From the NCBI GenBank assembly GCA_005223125.1, contig NJBH01000001.1, forward strand, positions 45,935 to 109,934: DNA of 64,000 bases, given 5' to 3'. Positions 25,281-34,952 of the stretch are shown one piece after another (positions within the stretch are counted from its first letter, which is position 1; the number at the start of each line of letters is the position of its first letter). The stretch comes from Promethearchaeota archaeon Loki_b32. GTDB taxonomy: Archaea; Asgardarchaeota; Lokiarchaeia; Sigyniarchaeales; SOKP01. The notes beneath the pieces were generated by a model that searched no databases, was not told where the DNA came from, and saw nothing but the letters and a program-made list of their open reading frames with translations. The position numbers and the translations under genes were made by a program.

Positions 25281-28200
25281 GTGTTAAATATAAAGAAAAT
25301 AAAAAGAAAAAATCTAGTAGGATTAAAAATGACACAAAAAAGGGTCAAATCAATTATGCTTATTTTTGTTATATGCTCCTATCTCTTATTCCAAGTTTCT
25401 GATTTTTATGATTGGGGTCTAGATAAGGATTCAAAATCTCTTTTGGGATTATCAGGTGATCATGCTACAGTTGAATGGGTAAGTATTTACGATGATCCAG
25501 AACCGTATAATTGGGATGAAGCTTATGATGTCGAGATTGATTCCTCAGGAAATGTTTATTGTGTCGGGGGTTCAATTAGAGATATGATTCTTGTAAAATA
25601 TAACAGTAAAGGAGATTATATTTTGAATCGTACCTGGCATCCAGGGAGCGATTATGCAGAAGCAAAAGCAGTCGCTTTAGACTCATCAAATAATATTTAT
25701 GTTGCAGGACAGGTTAACCTTCGTGAGGATATGTTTTTAATTAAATATAATAGTGACTGTGAATTTCAATGGGTTCGTATATGGGGGGGATCTCAAGAAG
25801 ATCCTTGCTGGGATATGGCAATTGACTCTTCAGATAACATTTATATCGCTGGAGGTACAGAAAGTTTTTCAGTAGGAGATTGCGATTTTTGTGTAGTAAA
25901 ATATGATTCTTCTGGCAATCAATAATGGAATCGTACTTGGGGGGGTTGGGATTTTGATTGTGCACGTTATATGGTAATAGATTCTTCTGATAATATAATT
26001 CTAGGGGGTAATACCGCAAGTTATGGGGATGGTTATTTAGGTTATTGTGATATGTGCCTTGTAAAATACAACAGCCTAGGTGTATTACAATGGGATATGG
26101 TATGGGAAAGAGCCGCTGGTCATTATGAATTCAACGATGATCTTGTAATAGACTCATCTGGTAATATTTTCACTTTTATACATGATCTTAATACCAATAT
26201 TCCAATACTCGCAAAGTTTGACAATTCAGGTAACGAAATTTGGAATCGAACATATCCAGGATTAGGATTTTTCGGAGTTAGTGAGATGGAAATAGATGCG
26301 TTTGATAATCTATATATAACTGATACTTTTGACTATAGAGATTTTGGATTCGCAAAATTCAACAAATATGGGGATTTCCTATGGAGTGAAACATGGGGAA
26401 CACTAGATGATGAGTTTTGTACTTCAATAGCCTTAAATTCAACTGATCATGTATATCTTGCGGGTTATAGAAGTTTCCACAGTTATGGTCCAATGATTCT
26501 TGTAAAATTTAAGATTAATCCTCCAGAAGCGCCATACTTTACTGATATCCAAGAAAATTTTACAATGTATGAAGGAGATATTTCAAAATCATTAGTATGG
26601 ACACCTATCGATGAATCGATGTTTTATGATTCATATTGGATAATGCAAAATGAAACTAAGATAATGGAAGGAGAATGGGACGGATCTCAAATTACATATT
26701 CAAATTTAGAAGAGCTAATCCCTGGTATCTATAATTTTACCTGTTTTGTAAATAACACTTATGGAAAACTAAACAGTTCTTCAATTTTTTTTACCATTCT
26801 TCCTAATCTTCACACGCCAAATATAGATAGAAATACTAGTGATTTGATATTAAATATTGGTACAAGCAATTTTATTATTTCCTGGCACGCAATCGATCTT
26901 GATGGAAATAATAATAGTTTTTGGATTACGCGTAATTCTTCTATTCTTGCATCTGGAACTTGGAATAATGATTCCGATATTATATTTATGGAGTCTGAAA
27001 TACTAAACGTAGGATACTATAATTACACATGTTTTGTAAACGATACTTCGGGTTTGAAAAATCAGACTTCTATTTATATTCAGATAATAAACCATGATCC
27101 GATTATATTCAATAATTCAATTGATTTTATTGTGAATGTAGGGACAACAGGATATTCTCTATCGTGGCATGCGAGTGATATTGATGGAAACACATTGATA
27201 TATTGGATAGAAAGAAATGGGGGTCTAGTTGCTCAAGATTCTTGGGTTAATGATTCAGACATTATTTACGTTGAATCTGAATTCCTAAGTGCTGGAATTT
27301 ATAATTATACTTGTTTTGTAAGCGATACTACAGGGGCTTTAAATCAGTCATCTATTTTTGTTAAGATAAACTCATATCCTTATTATTCTGATGTTACTCT
27401 ACCCTTAAACCACATATACGAACAAGATGCGGATTACGTCTTTAATTGTACGTGGACTGATATAGATGGCACAATTGGGAAGGTTTTACTTGAATTTGAT
27501 AGTTTCAATTTTACTGTAACGACCAATAAATCTGGAATTTTTACTTTTATATTAAATGATTTGAATGCGAATGAAAATGGGTATAATTATAGGTGGCATG
27601 CAATGGATAATGACGGAGCGTGGACATCAACAGATTGGAAGAATTTTGTTCTTAATAAGAAGGTAATTGAGCTAATAATTTTATTCAATGGCACTGAAGA
27701 CAATTATTTCTATGACTTAAACCCCTTTATTAATATTACAGTTATTAACCTTAATTCTACTCCAGGAAAGATTAATTTATATGTCGATGGGGAATTAATA
27801 CAACAAGAAACTGGATATCTTTTAGTGAATATTTCACAATTTTCACTAGGAAGTTTTAATATTACTGCGATTTTAACTGATGAAAATTATACCGGAAGTA
27901 TAATGAGTTGGCTTCATTTAAGTGAATCAATACCTCCAGAAATAATATTCGAGTTTTCTGAATCTTATGTGAATCTAACAGAACCGGAATATTTCCATGA
28001 TGAAATAGAAGTGATCTGTACTGTTAATGATTTCTCTCTGGTATCTTGGGTTTATTGTTGTGAAAATTCATCAGGAACTTTTTTAAATCATTCAATGTCA
28101 AGTTTAGGAAACAGTAATTGGACCTTTACTATAGATATTTCGGGATTAAATTGGAACGATGCAATTTCAGTATCTTTTTTTGCTAGAGATACTTGGGGGA

Positions 28201-28649
28201 ATATTGGATTAAACAATAATTTCACAAAATTATATACAATAAGAATACATGACTTTCAGAAGCCTGTTACAACCCTATCATTTATACCTCATGAAGGAAC
28301 AAATATTGTCAATAAATCAACCAAATTCTCTTTAACTGGTGATGATGGTTTAGGCTCTGGAATTGAAATTATAAGATACAAGATAAATGGCTCGGGATGG
28401 AGTGATTATAGTGCTTCATTTAATCTTACCAATTATAGTGAGGGATTTTATAATATTTCTTATTATTCAATAGATCATGCTGGTAACGTTGAGGAAATTA
28501 ATTCAATTATTATAGAATTGATAGAAGTACCTCAAGAAACACCTAAAAGTAGTTCTGCTATCCCTGGTTTTGATATCTTTTTTATATTTGGAATGATAGC
28601 CTTGATGACAATTTTCTTAATATGGCGGAGAGTTGAAATTAAAATTTAA
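25281..28649 (+). pseudogene. SBBP beta-propeller-repeat surface glycoprotein with three ~95-aa tandem domains and PGF-CTERM anchor; one in-frame TAA
   Basis: ORFs 25281..25925 and 25971..28649 share a frame, joined as '...VVKYDSSGNQ*WNRTWGGWDFDCARYMVIDSSDN...'. The '[IL]DSSGN[IV]Y..G' / 'K[YF]...G...W...W' repeats continue across the TAA at 25923-25925. The C-terminus is 'SSAIPGFDIFFIFGMIALMTIFLIWRR'. Confidence 0.75.
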
Positions 28650-29007
28650 TTAATTAGTTGGATTATAAAAATTAAAAGAAGAAATTAATTCTTTCTATTT
28701 CTTCATTATGATAAAGCTGGTTCTGAGAAAAATATTCTATTTTTCCTAAATGACTTTAATATCCATAGTGTTAATGAGTATTCGGGTACATTATTTAAGG
28801 AAAGAAGCCTCTAAACACAAATGATATATTAAATAGATGAAAAACTATAATTCAATTTTTTTAAAATACAAATACATTTTAAGATATCGTCTAATTAAAA
28901 AACTCAAAACGTTAAAAAAGGGGATTTTGAGATAAATATATAAATTAAAAATGTGAAATTTATATGCAGGATTTCCTTATGATTTCTTAATAAAGAATTA
29001 GATTAAG

Positions 29008-29817
29008 GTGTGGATCAAAACGAACATCATATTATCATATTTTCATACTAGAATAGGGACAGACATATTCTATACGTTTCCAGGAACTCAAGTAGATAAC
29101 GAAATATCAGATAGATTATATGATGTTATGACTCAGCAGAAAGATGAAGAATTTTTCTCACATGCCGTTGGAAATTTAAAGCTATTAAATTATTACTTTC
29201 AAATTCGTTCAGATTGGGCACGTGGTAGTAGAGAGATGCTAATGCTCTCGATAATGTTTAAGCAACAAATTTCTCCAGAGATTGAAAGCAGTATCTCATT
29301 ATTATGTAAAAAATTTGGAGAAAGGATGCGATCAAATGAAGATATTTTTACTGGGTTCCATTTAAAGGAATTAAACAATTACAATGAAGATAATAAAGAG
29401 CGTATAAGAACAAGCGAAGGATTAATCAAGGAATGGGTAAAGGATTTATATTGGGAAATTTTAGAAGAAACTAGAAAAAAATCAGAAGAAGAGAAAATAA
29501 CTGTGTTATTAAACGACCGATATATATTTGAATCTTTAGAAAAAATGTCAGGAGAATTGAAAAATATCAATAGAGAGATAAATTCCAGTAAGGATTCCTT
29601 GAAAACAAATCTAAATATTAGTAATTCAATTTCAAGTTTAAATAAAATTATTGATGATTTATATGGTGGCTACATAGAAAAAATGACAGAGCTTGACATT
29701 GAGAATGAAAATGGCTTATTTTCCACTGAAGAAGATGAAGATCCTGACATTAAAAAGAGTAAAAAAGAAAAGCTACTTCAACTTTTAGAAGATGAGATCT
29801 CGGGAAAAAAAGAATAG
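29008..29817 (+). CDS. Unknown protein: longin/roadblock-like N-terminal module (paralogue of 3471..4481 N-terminus) + acidic coiled-coil tail
   Basis: 'IILSYFHTRIGTDIFYTFP...FFSHAVGNLKLLNYYFQI...REMLMLSIMFKQQISPEIESSISLLCKKF' aligns with the MEDS protein N-terminus. The C-terminus is E/K/D-rich. Confidence 0.55.
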   Translation: MWIKTNIILSYFHTRIGTDIFYTFPGTQVDNEISDRLYDVMTQQKDEEFFSHAVGNLKLLNYYFQIRSDWARGSREMLMLSIMFKQQISPEIESSISLLCKKFGERMRSNEDIFTGFHLKELNNYNEDNKERIRTSEGLIKEWVKDLYWEILEETRKKSEEEKITVLLNDRYIFESLEKMSGELKNINREINSSKDSLKTNLNISNSISSLNKIIDDLYGGYIEKMTELDIENENGLFSTEEDEDPDIKKSKKEKLLQLLEDEISGKKE

Positions 29818-29959
29818 ACTTATTTTAGAATTTATTAAGAATGGTTTATTAGCTCAAAAGTTTCAGTAAAGAATTCGTCGGAATAGTCTTTTTAAAAAAA
29901 AATTTATTAACTATAACATTTTATAATTTAAGTTTATAGGAAATAATGGGGAATAGTGA

Positions 29960-30265
29960 TATCTTATTTCTAAGCCAGTTATACATGTTTTATTAAAAGC
30001 TGAAGACGACACCTCATGTGCTAAATGTTGCAAAACAAGAAATATTATTGAGCGGATATTCGTATCAATACCAGAATTTAGTCAAAAAATTGAAGTAAGT
30101 TATGAAGATGTTTACTCCGCTGATAATATAAAAAAATTTGGAGATTTAACACCACCAGTAATCATCATTGAAGATCGTATTTTAACTGAAGGACACGTTC
30201 CAATTATGAAAAAGCTCGCTCGAGATTTATATAATTTAATTGAGCTAAATAAATCAAGGGCATAA
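29960..30265 (+). CDS. Thioredoxin-fold (Thioredoxin_3-like) small protein; no canonical start codon
   Basis: The open frame after TGA (29957-29959) reads 'YLISKPVIHVLLKAEDDTSCAKCCKTRNIIERIF...FGDLTPPVIIIEDRILTEGHVPIMKKLARDL'. It has a CxxC after strand 1 and a 'TPxxxI' cis-Pro-type loop. The first ATG is only 17 codons from the end. Confidence 0.4.
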   Translation, partial: YLISKPVIHVLLKAEDDTSCAKCCKTRNIIERIFVSIPEFSQKIEVSYEDVYSADNIKKFGDLTPPVIIIEDRILTEGHVPIMKKLARDLYNLIELNKSRA

Positions 30266-30509
30266 AGATTTTATAAAATCTGAATCTCCCTTTCCAAAAA
30301 TCTTTATAGTATAATTATAGGTATAGTAATATCTTTCCCTTAAATATAAAGATATATGAGAACCTTAAAGATTTAAGTACAAATATGGTATAAGAAATGT
30401 TGAGGTTTAATTTATGAGAAATAATACCTAATTAAATATTTCCAGTTATGTTTTATGAAAATAAGCAAATTTTATTTTATTTAGAAAAAAAGTTATAACC
30501 AAAAATGAG

Positions 30510-30677
30510 ATGATGTTTAATATGGAATGTTTAAATTGTGGTGCAGAACTCAACAGTGATATTCAAAATTTTTGCGAGTTTTGTGGAAATAAATTAAATA
30601 CAAAAGTTCAATCCGATAATAAATCCACAACTCAAGTTGAAAAAGTAGAATTTTCACGACGAAAACGATGCTGTTAA
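30510..30677 (+). CDS. Small zinc-ribbon protein
   Basis: This 55-aa ORF is not in the track: 'MMFNMECLNCGAELNSDIQNFCEFCGNKLNTKVQ...SRRKRCC'. It has the CxxC-x11-CxxC ribbon spacing. Confidence 0.45.
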   Translation: MMFNMECLNCGAELNSDIQNFCEFCGNKLNTKVQSDNKSTTQVEKVEFSRRKRCC

Positions 30678-30826
30678 TTATTCTCGAATATTTTCTTACA
30701 AATATTTGAGAAAATTAGAATGAAAAATTAAAAAAATAGTTAAAAAAATTATTTTATAGATTCTAATAAAGCGAGAAATATTTGTTTGGAGGCATCGGGT
30801 AGATCTTCAATTTTGGAGTTTATTCT

Positions 30827-31084
30827 TTACACTCCTGTTTTTCTCTGTATTAAGTATAAGATTATTCCTATAATTCCTAAAATACCACAGAGGATAAGGA
30901 ATGGAATAAATAAAATACCCAACACACCTGTTATTATATCTCTTTCTCCTGAAAATGTTGAAATTGCATTTTCGAGTATGTATTGAATTAAATCTTGAAA
31001 GAAAACAAACCAAATAGTATATACAACAATAACCAAGGCTATAATAAGGATTCCAAATTTGCCTATTCTTATTTTACTAGTCAT
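30827..31084 (-). CDS. Small two-TM membrane protein
   Basis: 85 aa with two hydrophobic helices, 'FGILIIALVIVVYTIWFVFF' and 'GVLGILFIPFLILCGILGIIGIILYLI'. It lies just downstream of the acyl-CoA ligase gene on the same strand. Confidence 0.5.
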   Translation of the reverse strand: MTSKIRIGKFGILIIALVIVVYTIWFVFFQDLIQYILENAISTFSGERDIITGVLGILFIPFLILCGILGIIGIILYLIQRKTGV

Positions 31085-31124
31085 TTTCCATCAATCTATT
31101 ATTTTTAATTTAAGCTGCTTGGAT

Positions 31125-32765
31125 TTATTCAATTCCAAGTTTGTTTTTTTCTTGTTGTACTAATTCTCGCCGTAATATTTTACCCGAACCTGATTTTGGA
31201 ATATTGTCAACAAATTCGACCTCGCGTATTTTCTTGTAAGCAGAAATCTTTTCAGCAACCCATTTCATAATCTCATCCTCAGTCACCTTGCCTTTAGACT
31301 CAGGATTTAAAATTATAAAGGCTTTCGGAATTTCACCAACATCTAATTCTTTAGACGGCTTCCCAATGACAGCTACATCAAATACATGTGGGTTTTTGAA
31401 AAGTAAATCCTCAAGTTCAGCGGGTGCGATGCTCCAACCCTTATATTTTATCATTTCTTTGATGCGGTCTAAAAGATGCTGGTACTCATCTTCATCGATA
31501 TATGCCATATCACCAGTTCTCAGCCATTTTTCACCAGTTTTTGGGTCAATCCAGAATGCGTCCCTAGTAGCTTCAGGTTTTTTCCAATAACCTTTCATAA
31601 CCTGAGGTCCTTTAATAACCAGTTCACCGACCTGCCCGCGTTCAGGTAACTCTTCACCAGTCTCTAAATCAATAATTTTATGAAAAGTATCTGGAATTAA
31701 GGTACCTTGAGATTCCATTTTAGGGCGATACATTGGATTTACAGCAACAACCGGAGAAGCCTCAGTCAAACCCCAACCATGTTGGATGATTATTTCTTTA
31801 GCATCGCATTTTTCTTTTGCCAGTTTATCAAACCTTTCAAGAAGCTCGAGAGGGATTGGAGCTGCACCATTGTTAAAGATTTTTAAGTTTGTCCAATCGT
31901 ATCCTTTTATATTTGGATCTTCAAGGTGTCTAACTACAGCGAGAAATATCGGAGGTACACATAGACTATATGTTACTTGATATTTTTCTATGAGTTCACA
32001 GAATTCCTTAACCTCGAATCTCGGGGTCACTACCTGTGCTGCACCTAACCATAATGTTTGGTTCATACACACATTTAATCCATATATATGGTAAAGAGGA
32101 AGTACCGTCATAGCGATATCTAATTCACTTAACTCGAAAATCTGGGATATTTGGATAACATTTGATACTATATTATAATGTGTGAGCATAGTTCCTTTTG
32201 GTAATCCAGTAGTTCCACTCGTATATACTAACGCAGCAAGATCTTCTTTTGGGTCGAAATTGTATTCTGGAGGATCTGGTTTTGTATTTGCTATTAGTTC
32301 TGACCATCCAAGTGTTCCCTCTGGCTTCTCTCCTGATCCTATTACTATAATATTTTTAATATTTGTTTTATCCTTAACTGCTGCTACATTTGGATATTCA
32401 GGTTGGGAAACGATGATTGTTTCTGCTCCAGAATCATTTGCTTCATATTCTACTTCAGTTTCTTTGAATAATGGATTCATAGGTACCAAAATAGCGCCTG
32501 CTCTTTCTAATCCCAAGAAGGAAATTTCCCATTGGATTGAATTTGGTCCATATAAAGCGACTCTATCTCCTTTTTTCACTCCTAAGTTTTTTAATGCCGT
32601 AGCGAATATGTCTACTTGATTTCTAAATTGTTTGTATGTCATATTTTTAGGATATAGGAAAGCTGGTCTATCTGGAAACCTTTTAGCTGTTTCTTCTAAA
32701 ACCTTATGAATAGGGATTTCGGGATAATAAAGATGACCCCTTTTGTATTTAACCACTAATTTCAC
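31125..32765 (-). CDS. AMP-dependent synthetase/ligase (long-chain-fatty-acid--CoA ligase-like)
   Basis: Contains the AMP-binding signature 'YTSGTTGLPKGTMLTH', 'GWGLTE', 'LRTGDMAYIDEDEY' and 'SGKILRREL'. Confidence 0.9.
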   Translation of the reverse strand: MKLVVKYKRGHLYYPEIPIHKVLEETAKRFPDRPAFLYPKNMTYKQFRNQVDIFATALKNLGVKKGDRVALYGPNSIQWEISFLGLERAGAILVPMNPLFKETEVEYEANDSGAETIIVSQPEYPNVAAVKDKTNIKNIIVIGSGEKPEGTLGWSELIANTKPDPPEYNFDPKEDLAALVYTSGTTGLPKGTMLTHYNIVSNVIQISQIFELSELDIAMTVLPLYHIYGLNVCMNQTLWLGAAQVVTPRFEVKEFCELIEKYQVTYSLCVPPIFLAVVRHLEDPNIKGYDWTNLKIFNNGAAPIPLELLERFDKLAKEKCDAKEIIIQHGWGLTEASPVVAVNPMYRPKMESQGTLIPDTFHKIIDLETGEELPERGQVGELVIKGPQVMKGYWKKPEATRDAFWIDPKTGEKWLRTGDMAYIDEDEYQHLLDRIKEMIKYKGWSIAPAELEDLLFKNPHVFDVAVIGKPSKELDVGEIPKAFIILNPESKGKVTEDEIMKWVAEKISAYKKIREVEFVDNIPKSGSGKILRRELVQQEKNKLGIE

Positions 32766-32884
32766 CTATTTAATAACTAATTTAAACTATACGTGATATG
32801 TCTATTAATAATTATTTGTCAATAAATATTAAATATTTCATGGTAGTAATAAGATTCATAATAAATTACCAATAAAGTTCTAAA

Positions 32885-34834
32885 ATGGAAGAAAATTTTG
32901 ATATTATTGTAGTTGGTGCTGGTTTTGGGGGTCCTGTTGCTGCAAAAATATGTGCAGAAGCAGGTTTAAAAACTTTAATAATTGAAAGATCTGAGAATGT
33001 TGGGGATAAAGTAATTTCTGGATTAACAATTCCATTTTATGGATTTTTATTTGGTCCAGAGTTTATTAGAGATGGTAACCCACCATTTGAACGCCCTGCT
33101 GATGGTATAATTAATTATATTATTAGAGATATTGAGAAAGGAGTTATTGATATTGATGATTCTTTAAGAGTTCCAAAACCCTTCTCTCCTATTATTGCTT
33201 TTGGATATAATACATATTGTAAACCTTTTTGTGAATGGGAAGTAAGGAAAGCGGTTGATGCAGGTGCTATATTGAAGACATCCACTACTGTCATAGATGT
33301 TATAAAGAAGAATGACTATATTTCAGGAGTAATTACAGATAAAGGAGAGCGAATACGGAGTAAAATCATCATTGATGCTGAAGGTTCAAAAGGATTATTG
33401 GCAATAAAGGCAGGTATAAGAGAAAGATATCCTCCTGAAACCATATCTTTGGCTGACACATACGATTATGTTATGGCAAAAGAAGATATTGATAAAATTT
33501 TTGGTTATTCTGTAAAAATGTGTTGGGGGTGGGATGAGCAACGGATAGCACCTCCACTTGGGTATGGAAACGGTTTAATGGTATGGCCTTATCGAAATAG
33601 TCTTCATTTTATGCAAGATCAATGTTTAAGAATAGATAAAGAACATATTCCCAATTTAAATAAACTCTTTAAAGAGTATCATAGTAATATTACTCAAAAA
33701 TTACCTTGGTGGCAAAATTTAGTGGAACCTCGTGCTAAATTAAGAGCAAGAATGTGGGATGGTTTTGAAATTTATGTTGGTTTGGATAAGAAAATGCGTA
33801 ATATGCCTAATCATACAAATGGAATGATATTAATAGGAGATGCAGCAGGACTTGAAAGCACAGAATTGTGTGATGGAGTGCCTGCAGCTTGGTTTTCAGC
33901 AGAAATAGCTGCTAATGTAGCAATTGAAGCAATAAAAGTCAATAATATTTCAAAATCTTTCTTGAAAAAATATGATATCAAAATAAAAGCACATCCAATA
34001 ATTCAATGGTCAATTTCGGGAAAAAATAGATTTAATTTACGATATGCTCAAAAAGAGCACAATTTAAAGAAGCTAAAAAAAAGTATTCATAATGGGTGGG
34101 GTTTAGGATCGTTAACTCATTTTACAACCCCCCTTTTGAAAGCTTTGCTTTCCTATGTGAATAAAGATCCGACAATTATAACAAAGTGGATAAAAATGTT
34201 TTTCAGATATTATCAGAATTGGATTTATGAGTATTATGATTACTCTAAGAAACGAAAATTAGGAAAAGTATCATCTAAAAGACTTAAAAAGTTGGAAATA
34301 AAATTCACACGATATATGAAATTAATAGATTCTCTTTTAATATCCTTAAGAAAAAGACGTAAATTACTCTCTGTTATAATAATTCCTTTTTCAAATTCTT
34401 TAAATACGTTATTAAAAAAAATTTTACCAATATTTGAACCTATTTATTCATTTACTTTAAAATTAGTAAACCCAATTTCAAATCAATTATGTAATAGAAT
34501 ATTAAAATTTGTTGAATATGCTAATCCTTCTATTTTTCGTGTAAGAATAGAAAGGAGTGAATTAATGGTAAAAACTTTTAAGGATTTTCCTGGTGTAGAG
34601 TGGGTTGAAGGAACAGGGGACTTCATAAAAATTAATGACGCTAAATGTATAGGATGTATGAATTGTGTGAACGTATGTTTAGCAGGTTGTTTTGAAATTG
34701 TAGATAAAAAAGCGCGAGTTAAAGATTTAGAAAAATGTATGGAGTGTGCATCCTGTTGGTATGTATGTAAAGAGGACGCTATAATTTTCTCTTGGCCTTT
34801 AGGAGGTACTGGATATAAGAGTGATTGGGGTTAA
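32885..34834 (+). CDS. FixC-like FAD-dependent oxidoreductase fused to a FixX-like 2x[4Fe-4S]-type ferredoxin via a basic linker
   Basis: Contains the dinucleotide fold 'FDIIVVGAGFGGPVAAKICAEAGLKTLIIER' and 'IGDAAG'. The C-terminus is 'CIGCMNCVNVCLAGCFEI...CMECASCWYVCKEDAIIFSWPLGGTGYKSDWG'. The linker is K/R-rich ('KKRKLGKVSSKRLKKLE...SLRKRRKL'). Confidence 0.75.
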   Translation: MEENFDIIVVGAGFGGPVAAKICAEAGLKTLIIERSENVGDKVISGLTIPFYGFLFGPEFIRDGNPPFERPADGIINYIIRDIEKGVIDIDDSLRVPKPFSPIIAFGYNTYCKPFCEWEVRKAVDAGAILKTSTTVIDVIKKNDYISGVITDKGERIRSKIIIDAEGSKGLLAIKAGIRERYPPETISLADTYDYVMAKEDIDKIFGYSVKMCWGWDEQRIAPPLGYGNGLMVWPYRNSLHFMQDQCLRIDKEHIPNLNKLFKEYHSNITQKLPWWQNLVEPRAKLRARMWDGFEIYVGLDKKMRNMPNHTNGMILIGDAAGLESTELCDGVPAAWFSAEIAANVAIEAIKVNNISKSFLKKYDIKIKAHPIIQWSISGKNRFNLRYAQKEHNLKKLKKSIHNGWGLGSLTHFTTPLLKALLSYVNKDPTIITKWIKMFFRYYQNWIYEYYDYSKKRKLGKVSSKRLKKLEIKFTRYMKLIDSLLISLRKRRKLLSVIIIPFSNSLNTLLKKILPIFEPIYSFTLKLVNPISNQLCNRILKFVEYANPSIFRVRIERSELMVKTFKDFPGVEWVEGTGDFIKINDAKCIGCMNCVNVCLAGCFEIVDKKARVKDLEKCMECASCWYVCKEDAIIFSWPLGGTGYKSDWG

Positions 34835-34952
34835 GATTATAAACTTATTATAAGTATCATTGTTAATGCTAGTTGATGGTATTAATGAAACAGCTATATA
34901 CGTGGGTGTTGTAGGCAAAAAGGTTTAAAAGAAAAAATAAAAAAAAAAAGAA

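Noticed and set aside
24422-25925. Idea that TAA is recoded as a sense codon, which would explain the two interrupted surface genes.
   Set aside because: TAA terminates many clearly complete genes in this window (for example iorA, the intact ACAD and the GTPase-tail remnant). Genome-wide reassignment is therefore untenable. Local read-through or pseudogenisation remain the options.
30510-30677. C-terminal '...RRKRCC' of the small zinc-ribbon protein resembling a Rab-type CC prenylation motif.
   Set aside because: A two-residue resemblance in a 55-aa protein is far too weak, and no prenyltransferase context is present.
31288-32619. Plus-strand ORFs 31288..31590, 31786..31980 and 32182..32619 inside the acyl-CoA ligase gene.
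   Set aside because: These are antisense shadow ORFs of a strongly supported minus-strand gene, and their Ser/Pro/Phe-rich composition is typical of reverse-frame artefacts. The same reasoning applies to 2449..2640, 6206..6403, 8055..8282, 8812..9105, 13561..13818, 14334..14615, 16043..16228, 16596..16799, 21706..21930, 22130..22345, 23690..23881, 25741..26019, 29379..29570, 36015..36224, 41554..41874, 41569..41769, 41992..42249, 43517..43705, 47432..47801, 50743..50943, 52683..52892, 53583..53822 and 62463..62690.
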